Of a stretch of DNA of 64,000 nucleotides, positions 53,294 to 64,000 are shown one piece after another. The translations under genes and the position numbers were made by a program. Source of the DNA: the human T2T-CHM13v2.0 reference genome, Homo sapiens; the NCBI RefSeq assembly GCF_009914755.1, contig NC_060935.1, one strand, 5' to 3'. The first letter of the stretch is position 1. Each line of letters begins with the position of its first letter. Under the pieces are notes generated by a model. That model was not told the origin of the DNA and did no database searches. It saw only the letters and a program-made list of their open reading frames with translations.

Positions 53294-54001
53294 GTGGGGA
53301 TTGGGGTTCCCAGTGGGTGGCTTGCTAGGATGATTCAGATGGTCAGGGGTGGTTGAGGGCTGCTCAGGACTCGGCAGCTAATTGCCCAGCTTTCCACTGT
53401 GGTGAGATCTGGTGCTGAGCCCAAAGGGAACCCTGTGGTGCCTGGGCCTGAGTTGGTTCAGAATCGCCCAAACAGGCCCCAGGCCTCTGCCAGTTGATCA
53501 ACCTGGGAGAGTACAGGTAGTAAGAGTTTCCAGGGCAACCTCCAGGGAGAGGACAGGGATGTCTCCTGTGTGCCTAATTTGTCTTCCGTGCCTTTGTAGC
53601 CTGGAAAGCAACCCTGGGTGGGACCTTGGAGGTCATGCCTGTGACCATGGGGGACATGGACATGGCCTGATTTGTGGGCACAGACTAAGGCCCACATTTT
53701 GACCGAAGCCTCAATCCAGGGCGCTTTGCTCTTACAGCCTGAAACAGCTGCTGCCTCTGTCCATGGCTACTGGACCAGGGTCTGCAGCTCCAGCCTCAGC
53801 TCAGGGATGGGACAAGAAACAGAAACAGACGATAAGGCCACAGAAATGCCACCCTGGCAGGGGCTGCAGTGGCAGCACTTTGTCCAGTGGCCCCAGCCCA
53901 AGGACTCCAACAGGCTGTGCTCCACAGTGCACTGATGGGCTCTGCTCAGCTCCTGAGCCCTGGCTACATCTCCAGCAAATATAAGAATGATTGCACCCCT
54001 A

Positions 54002-54387
<386 letters not shown>

Positions 54388-56084
54388 TTATAGTCACTGC
54401 AGCCCTTCAAGACAGATGTCATCCCCGATGTCTCCCCGAGCCTCTGCAGAAATAGGTTCAGGGAAACAGCGGGGATGACAATGCCTACTCTGCAAGTGGT
54501 CATCTGTCAACTATTCTCTCTGATTACGGGTATTGGTCCAGCCTCCTAGGGCAGCCCAGGCTCACCTCTGGCTTCTGAGCCACTGTTTCCTCTAAGCCAG
54601 CAAGGCCTGGTGCTCTTGGCCTTGCCTCCTCCTTGCACCATCTTCCTTCTCAGGGTTCGGAGATCGCAAGGCTGACAGCAAACCCTTGGGCCACACTGGA
54701 CTTATCGAGATCCAGCTGTCCTGGATGCCTTCTAGTAGGGGAAGCCCCAACTTCAAAATTGCTTCTCAGACTCCCAATATCTTTTCTTTTCTGGAGACAA
54801 GGCGTTGGTAGAATTAGTCTCCAGCGTGTTGCCTGCTCTAGTCCCCAGCTCTTAGTCTCCATGACGAGAGAGGTCACCTGGGCTACGCATGTGATGCTGC
54901 CATGCATATTATCCCCATGGGAAAGAACCAGGAGATGGAGCAGATGACACTGCCCAGACCTCCAAGACTAGAGGGCGGCGTAGCCCCTGTCCCACCACGC
55001 CATGCCCTTGAATTGGGGAAGTCACTTACCGTTCCCAGTCACCTCCCCATCTGGGACTGCAGAGATGGATGCAAGACCTGCTCCACCTCCAATACACCAC
55101 CATTTAAAAGGTGACATACTCACACCTGAGGCAGCCACAGCTCTAGTCTTACCCAGGCTGGGAAGAAGAGGTAGAGGAGAGATGGTGATCCATGGAAATC
55201 TAAACCCTAGAGACACTTAGCTTCAAAATGCCTCAAGATTCTTGCCTGGGCCCCCGAAGCAACTGGATGAGCAGAAGGAATGCTGGGACTGGTCATAAAG
55301 TGCCCAGTCACGATGATAACCGTGCGTGCATTGGTAAGGGCTGTGGGAGGCAAGGTGTCTCCCCATTGCCACCCCCTCAGCCCCATAAAAGGCATTCCCT
55401 GGCTTGGCATGGTCTTTCACAGGCACAGAAAGCTTGGGGTCAGCTTCTCCCTCCATGGGACTTCTCCTTCTTTCTCAATTTTCTCAATAGGGGATGGTTT
55501 TGCCTTCTTCTCTCCAATGTTAGCTTTGCCTTCTCTCTCCAATGCTATTCCTAGGTTTTCTTAGGGTCTAAGATCCAGTCTTACTTAACTTTGGGAGATG
55601 AACTACGATCCTGGCATCCAAATGGTGACAGAAGAAGCTGTGAATGGAATTGTTGCTACAGGCCCCTCCCCAACTTAGGACAAGCAGCACATTCCCTGGC
55701 TTTGCCGAGTAGTTTTGAGTTACCCAAAACAACAAGGAGAGTCCTCAGCCAGGCTTGTCTCGGGGTGGGGTGTGTGTGTAGGGGAAATGGCCAGCACACA
55801 AACAAGGTTTATAATCCTGGTCGCCATGAGCCACAGTCCCCTTTCTCATGATTTTCCCCAGCCATGAAGTGGATCCAGTATTCTGGTTCCAACACTTCAG
55901 ATGATCTCCCGTGGAGGCCAGCACTGGTCTTTAGTCAAGTTTGGTACCAGGATGAGCATCCTGGAGGGGAATCCTGGGGCATCCCAGAAGCCTGGGGACA
56001 GTGGTCCCAGAAGGATTCCCCCTTCCCCCAGCTCATTCATCACTTGGCCTCCATTAAGCCCTGTCTGTCTTCATCCTCCCCTGC

Positions 56085-56960
56085 TTGTAGACCCCCGGGC
56101 TAGCCCATGAGCTAGGTGAGGATTTAAGAGAGGACCAATGTGGGAGAGGACATCGAGAATCTGGACCCCTCACACCCTGCTGGTGGGAGTGTAAAACGGT
56201 GCAGCCGCTTTGGAAAACTGTCTGGCAGCTCCTCGAAAGGTTCAACGTGGAATCACCATACGACCCAGCCATTCTACTCCTAGGCATATATCCAAGAGAA
56301 ATGAAAACATACATCCAAGCAAAAGCGTGCACAAGAATGTTTATAGCAGCATTACTCACAATAGGCAAAAGGGAGAAACAACCAAAATGTCCATCAACTG
56401 GTGAATGCGGTGCAGCTGGAATATTATTTGGCCATAAGAAGGAATAAAGTACTGAGAAAGCCAGGTGCGGTGGCTTGAGCCTATAGTCCTGGCTACTCAG
56501 GAGGCTGAGGTGGGAGGATCACTTGAGCCCACGAGTTTGAGGCTGCAGTGAGCTACGATTATGCCACTGCACTCCAGCCTGGGTGAGAGAATGAGACCTT
56601 TGTTTCTTAAAAAAAAGTACTGATATAGATAAGCCTTCAAAACATTATGCTAAGTGAAAGAAGTCAGACGTGGAAGACCACATTTCTAATCTATTCTTCT
56701 ATGCAGATATGAAATATCCAAAATAGGCAAATCTATAGAGACAGATTGGTGGTTGCTTAGGGACAGAGGTGGGGTGGGGAAATAGGGGGATGTTGGCCAG
56801 AGGGTGGGAGGTTTATTTCTGAGGTGATAAAAGTTTTCTAACATTGACTGTAGTGATGGTTGCACATATCTGTGAGTATACTAAAGATCACCGAACTGTG
56901 CCTTTTAAATGGGTGTATTGTATGGTATAAGAATTCTATCTCAATTAAACTGTCGGAAAA
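56085..56960 (+). mobile_element. L1MB-type 3' fragment interrupted by an Alu monomer
   Basis: ORF2-like peptide PLWKTVWQLLERFNVESPYDPAILLLGIYPREMKTY; 3'UTR ending GAATTCTATCTCAATTAAACTG. Confidence 0.88.
56460..56617 (+). mobile_element. Alu monomer (FRAM-like)
   Basis: GCCAGGTGCGGTGGC...GAGGCTGCAGTGAGCTACGATT...; AAAGTACTGA direct repeat on both sides. Confidence 0.85.
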
Positions 56961-57939
56961 AGTGAAGAGAGAGAACATCTGACTATTCCCGGAATTGGGA
57001 GCTATGCACTCACATTCTGGGCACACTATCGGTCTGCTCTATGACCCTGGAAAAGTCACTTACTTCTCTGGGCCCCTGTTGGCCCATCCATGAGATAGGG
57101 CACAAATAATTCCTGGCTCAGAGGAGCGCTGCAAGAAACCAGGAGCCAGAAGGTACATGAGCACATGGAATCGGAACAGAGGCATTATTTAAATGGGCAA
57201 GATTTACTGCCGAGATGTCACTGCTCTGGGAAGCTGCGGCTTACTTGAGTTATGGGCTCAGAGTCCTGCAGAATGTTAAATTGGAAGAGACCTAAGAGAT
57301 CAATCCAGAACACAGCTAGGACGGCCTTGTTCTCACCCAGGCACATGCACACCCACCCCTGTCCTCCCCATCGAGAACCATTTATCTGCGGCGTGGAGGG
57401 CACTGAGCGGGTGGAGGAAACGGCGGGTAGGAACGGCAATGCTTTATTCCGGGTACCCTGGTGGGGCCACCTGCAATGGCCTTTCTCTTCATCTCTACCC
57501 CAGGATGTAAAATATAGAATCAGACACAACAGTCTCCCGAAACAGAAAACCCTCTGCCCACGCTTGTCTCCCAGCCCTGATGCCAGATGTCCAGATGTTG
57601 TGGCAGCTGCCAGCACATCCCCTCTCTCCAAACCCTAAGTGCACAGCCCAAAGCTGAGCCATGGCGTGAGCCTTGCAGCCGCCCCTGGGCATGGGGCCAG
57701 CTCACACGCAGGTCTGCAGCCCCAGCTGCCATCTCCATGCCCTGATATTGGGGGCTTTCTGCAGGGGGAACCACACCAGCAGGCAGAGGGGTCTGGGTGT
57801 GCCCCAGTTCAGGACAGGGGAGGGCTCAATGTGCAGGCAGAAGAGGGCTGGCTATTTGGGCCTTTGAATTCTGAGGCAGCAGGCTATAATAATGACAATG
57901 GTCATCACAATAAAAGCAACAATAATAAATAACTTCCAC

Positions 57940-58120
57940 CTTCCTTTGCATCAGACATAGACTTTACAGGTACTTACAACAGCCTTATTGGGTTCATAGT
58001 ATCATCTTCATTGATAGATGAGGAAACAGAAACTCAGAGAGGTTAAGTATCTTGCCCAAGATCACACAGCTAGTAAACGGTAGAGACAGGATTTAAAATG
58101 AGGCCTGTCTGGTGTAAAGT
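57940..58120 (-). mobile_element. MIR SINE
   Basis: AGATGAGGAAACAGAAACTCAGAGAGGTTAAGTATCTTGCCCAAGATCACACAGCTAGT. Confidence 0.85.
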
Positions 58121-58572
58121 CAGTGCAAAAGTGCAATCCATATTTCAGCCCCTTCAGGCCTTCCATCAGGAGCTCCCCAGTGCCAGAAATCCCAGGGACA
58201 CCTGGCCATCCTGAAAACCATTGCTTTGTGGAAGGGCAATCTAGGGCAACTGCCCTAGTGTCCGTGGAAGTTGGGGCCAGCTCCAAGCCACGTTTATGTC
58301 AGGTGCCATGAGGATTTTGTTTAATCTCAGGATGGAGATGCTGGGGAGAAAAGGCATATTTGAGGACTTGGACTCGAAGGCAAGCCTGGTTGCTGGAGAA
58401 GCCTGGCCACAGCTGCCAAAACTGGCTTGCCTTTTCCCCACCTACAGAAAGCCACAGAAAGCACCGCTAGTGCTGAGCTGGGAGTGTGCAGCGTGAGGGA
58501 CGAGGGGAGGTGAAGGCTCATATTCTTCAGAACTGGTGTTTAAGGCAGCAAGATGTTGTAAAGAGAGCACTG

Positions 58573-58858
<286 letters not shown>

Positions 58859-59076
58859 TCAGACAAGCCAGCTCCAAATCCTGGCTCCACCAGGTAACCC
58901 TGCTGTCACGTTCGACTAGGAACTGAGCTCCTCTGAGCCTCAGTTTCATCAGCTGCAAAATAGAGATAATAATACCTACACCACGGGAAGGTTCTCAGGA
59001 TAAGGGTGATGATGGAAAGACTTGTAGAACATTTACTATGCACTAAGGATGACTGTTCTAAACATTTACCTAAATC

Positions 59077-59131
<55 letters not shown>

Positions 59132-59148
59132 CATCCATCCACCCATCC
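59077..59148. repeat. (ATCT)13(ATCC)3 tetranucleotide STR
   Basis: Direct read. Confidence 0.97.
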
Positions 59149-62100
59149 AAATTTAGTATTCTCAACTGCCTAGTAAGGTAGACATTACTACAATTTTCTT
59201 TTACAGATGAAAAAAATTGAGGCTTAGTAGGGTTAAGAAATTGGCTCCAGGACACAAAACTGAGTTAGTAGGGGTGCTGGGATTTGAAGATAGACTCCAG
59301 ACCTTTGGTCTTAATCAACACACTGTGCAGCCCCTGAAGAACACACATGAAGGGTTTAGCAACAGTGTCCAGTCCATGCCCAGGCCAGGGCCTGTGGAAG
59401 GTAGGGACACATACTTGGTAGCTGTAGCCCTCAAATGCCCAGGCACCCCTGAGGAACTGGAAGCTTACTAAGAGGTGGCAGTGCTATGTCATCTGGCTAT
59501 GTCATTGACTGCTTAAATGGAAAACTAGAAATGGACCTATTGCTCTAAGAGAAATAAAAATAAGGAGCTTACATGTTGAGTTATATAAGGGGTCTTCACA
59601 CTGGTTACTGAAGGCTAGTAAAACCCATCGGCTCTAAGGTGGTCTATGTGGGCTGCAGGGCGCTCCACAGGTGACAGAGATGGCACACTCCCAGGCCAAC
59701 AGCAGCTAGTCCTGGAAGGTGACACCTCTGCCCTGTCCATCAACATCCACATCCCATCAGGTAACTTCCTTCCAGATTCGCAAAGCCCTTGAAATTTGCA
59801 AAAGGGCCCCATCTCCCTAGGACTTGAGGCCAAAACCATAACCCAATGGGCTCCTGAGAAAGAAACAAAGAAAAATGAGCCAGCCAGAGAGAGCCTTGAG
59901 TCCACAAGACAGACTCTTGGAACAGAAGAGCATCAGAGTAAGAACAGGGAAACAGAAACAAATCCACAGCCTCCAGAGCCACCTTCCCTGGCCAGTAAAT
60001 GAATGTGGCTTGCTTCAAAATTCAGAATCAGGAAAAAGCGTGTCTCTCCTGCCACAAGTCCTTTTGTCAGACACTCATGTAACAATCATATTTCCATTTT
60101 TGCTTTTGCTGTCAAAAAGCTCAGAGTTGAATTTAATGCTCCGTGTCAGTGACTATCTAATCCTAGGTCCCTGGCCAAACCATCTCCTCCTCACCCCCAT
60201 GCTTTCATCTACATGGGGATCTGCTTTTCTGACTTTATTTAAAACGATCAACAGCCCAAATTCTCCCTTTTGGAAGCTGGTAGGACACACATTAGAGATG
60301 GATGCTGGATTACAGAGGGAGATTTTATTATAGCATTAAGAGAGACTTGGATTAGTGACCTTTGAAGGCCCCCTTTTAGCCCTGAGATTCTGAACTGTGA
60401 TCAGTGAATAGTCTGCTATGCTCTTCTTCCACAATGAAGCAGAGCCTCTCCATGGCCCGAGGGAAAAGGATGTTCTGCTCCTGGAATGTCAAGGAGGGAT
60501 TGACTCTGGTGCATACGCTGGCCCAGCACAATGAGCACAGACTGCTTGCTGCTTCTTGCCAGCATCACCTTACGGCACTGGAGCGGGGCTTGGTCACTGG
60601 ATGCCAGCTGGCACCAAGGCACAATGAGATGACTACTTGAGAACAATGGCTTTTCCACCGTGCAACTGCCTGCTAATTGACAACAAAGGCTTCGTGGTGA
60701 CTGGAGTCACAAGGCTGTCTTTACAAGCACAGGACGGAATGCAAGCCTCTTTTAGGACCCATTTTTAAGCATAAACAGGAGCCACCGTGAGGTCCCTTCT
60801 GCAGCCCTAGAGTCTCTGGAGCTCATGCTACACATTCATCAGAGGCACAGTATCAGATTATCTGAGCTTGAACAGTTTGCCAGCGCTATGCCCAAGTTGT
60901 GGGTTGCCCCTTCTAGCTCACAGTCTGATGTGAGGAGACTTTCCTGATCCACTTCTTTGGGACGATGGAGTTCAACTCCTTCATAATTTATAGATTGGGA
61001 AACTGAAGCCCCGGAAAGCTGTGGCTTGCCCAAAGTCAGAGTCCAGTTACCAGCAGAGCAAGAACTAAAACCAGTGTCTTCAGAGAGAGAGACCTGAGAT
61101 TGGCTGAGATCTGACATGTCAGGGCATTATATTTAAGAAGAAGGCATAGTTTACGCCACAGTATGTGGATCCATGGGTCAGGAGAGGCTGGACTCCATCC
61201 AAAGGCCCAAGTCAACAGCTGACCTGGACCAACAAAAGGTTAACATCTCAGAAGAGTGTAATATAAGCATTAGGAAGAGGCAATTAACAGCTGGGAATTA
61301 GGATAAGCACATTTTTGAGTGGCGAAGATTCTCCTTAGGTAAAAACTTAGCCATGAACTAACCCTACAAACAAAAGTGTCAATGAAACAAACCACACCTT
61401 TCCCCAGCATCCCAACATCCAGATACTCCTTACTTACGTTGCTTGAGCAAATGTTGGTTAACTGGGTGCCCCCAGGTCATGTGGTGAAGATTGGACCTTA
61501 GCTTCTAGTCAGCCTGCCTGTGCCTACCCTCAGCCTGGGTGTAGTTCTGACTTTCAGGTGCACCAGCCTATTATTATTGGACTTGTAACAGAGACACCTC
61601 CCTCTCCTCTGACCCACGATTCCTTCCTGGTTCCTAGGTAGTCTGCCTTCCAGCTCTGGGTGAGCACTGCTGCTATTTCAGAGTTCCTGGGAGCAAGAAT
61701 GGGATTTAAGGTAAGCCAAGTTCAGCATGGTTCTGTAGTAAGAAGGGGCTAGTTTTTGGAAGACGGTGTTTCTTTTGTGCTTAATTTATTTTCCCCTTGC
61801 ACCCAGTGGTCAATGGAACAGAAGAAGCTCCCTGGCTGTGACAATCACGCTTAGAGCTTGGATATTATTACAGGGGTTTTAGTTGATGGAATATTTTCAC
61901 ATATAGCTAATATAAATCTAACCACAGACTATGAAGCCACTAACAATGTTCTTGTTTAACAACTGGAAACTGGGGCCAAAAGAGGTTAAGTGCCCTGATC
62001 AAGGGCGTATAGTTAACAGTAAAGTCAGGACAGCAATTGTATTCTCTGCCTCTTTAGTGAAGTGAGACTATCTTTCAAAACAGCTTGGCTGATCTAGACC

Positions 62101-62184
62101 TTGCCAAGACATTTTTATTGTTTAAGCACGGGTCTTATTGAGGTCCAAAGGGCAAGAGTTTGTGCAATGAGTTAGCACCCCTAG

Positions 62185-62636
<452 letters not shown>

Positions 62637-63184
62637 TAGGGCCAGTTCTCTCTTTTCATATCATCCTTTCCATTTCTTCCTCTCTCTCCTGTCTCTTCTC
62701 CCCAACACAGGCCATAGGAAACAGCCCCAATACATAAGCAGGGGCTCCTGCTTCCCAGTCCCCTCCTAGGGCCTGAGTCCCATAGAACAAGCTCAGAATG
62801 CCGAGCTCCAGGTGGGGAGAAGAAAACCACCAAAGGCCCGCCCCTTCCCAGTTCCTCCCTTTTGGGAAGGTGCTGGTATTGTGTCTAAGGTTGAAAGCAC
62901 CGTTGAGGAGCCAGACCTAAATTGAGGGCTTGGTTCTGCCATAGTCCATATGTCTTTGGGCAAATGGCTTTCCCCATCTGGGCCCCAGGTTCCTCAGCCG
63001 AAAAATGACAGGCTGGATTCTGTAATCTCTGAGTTCCTTCCCTGCTCTCCGGTTCTCCATGAGGACTCATTTGGTAGGCAGCAAGGGCAAAGTCTTCGTG
63101 TAGATCTCATCCTCCAAAATGACTTTGCCATAAGAGGGGAGGCTGTAGCCGGGGCTAATAGATCCATGGAAACTCTGGAGAGTC

Positions 63185-63330
63185 CAAAAAGGATTTTAAT
63201 TAAAATGTAAATGTTGTAAACAACATAAGTCCCTCCATCCTGGGAGCCGGGACCCAGCTGCCGAGAGGGGTCAGGGCACCATTCACCATTATTAGCATTA
63301 ACAGGTGCCCTGTATATGTTACCAATGCAA
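63185..63330. promoter_or_regulatory. Candidate enhancer-like element
   Basis: Palindrome ATTTTAATTAAAAT (63193-63206), TGTAAACA (FOX), CATTATTAGCATTAAC, CAGGTG E-box. Confidence 0.35.
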
Positions 63331-64000
63331 ACTTCTACTAGGGGAGCTCATTCACATGGAACATCGATGCAGGAATGGGTGTCCTCTAGCTTAGCTCAGG
63401 CACAGAGTGAGCTGCATCTACAGGTGATTTTGTGTTCTGAATTTGAGAAAGATCCTCTGCCCCTCAATATCTTCCTATCACATTATATACACTGCTGATG
63501 CCTAAAATCCCATCATTAAGGGTTCCTTTGAGTTGGGGATTGTGCTTCTATTGGTAGACAAATAGTGCAGAAGAGGTAATTTTGTTTCATTATTGGTCAC
63601 TTCCTAGCTATGCAATCTTGAGCACCAGTCCTTTGCTTTCTTAGAAATAGTGACAAAAATGCCTAGGCCACTGTTCCCAAGGTGAGGGGTCCTGCCTGGT
63701 CCAAGGACTCTTTTCTTGGAAAACCCAGAATCCTAGGGTTGGGCTCAGCCTTCACCGGGTTGATGATCCAGGGACTCAAATTTGGAGGATGATTCCCCCA
63801 AACAGCAGGAAGAAACTCAAGGCCTGGAAACCAGACAGAGGCACCTCAGAGGACTACAGACCTCGGCCAAGAAACAACAGAGCAGCCAAAGAGGTAGCCA
63901 TGGCAATGCAAGGCCTTCCCTGGGGCTTCTGCCGCAAGGGAGGAGGAAAATGGGAATATAACAGGTGCACCGAATAGTGAATACACAGTGTACCGTTACT

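Overview
Primate (human-like) non-coding genomic DNA, roughly 50% GC and CpG-depleted. Interspersed repeats are abundant: about 14 Alu or Alu-monomer copies (J, S and Y types), a young 5'-inverted L1PA2-like fragment, old L1M, L2, L3/CR1 and MIR fragments, and hAT-type DNA transposon relics (MER5, MER20, MER63, MER96-like). There are also microsatellites, a G-rich 16-bp minisatellite and an exact 45-bp tandem duplication. I find no credible protein-coding gene, RNA gene or CRISPR array; the ORF track is explained by repeats and chance. Between the repeats lie several repeat-free, AT-richer islands packed with homeodomain, HOX/CDX, SOX, TCF, octamer, FOX and MEIS motifs. These read like developmental enhancers in a gene desert or large intron, but I cannot name the locus. 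The best leads are: (1) a 47-bp, 46/47-identical block repeated 2.6 kb apart, where both copies form splice-flanked micro-exons of the same phase (49 and 43 nt); (2) shared motif words among the enhancer-like islands; (3) several atypical retrotransposition footprints. None of these is an established new system. Repeat family names come from recalled consensus sequences, and old-repeat boundaries are approximate.
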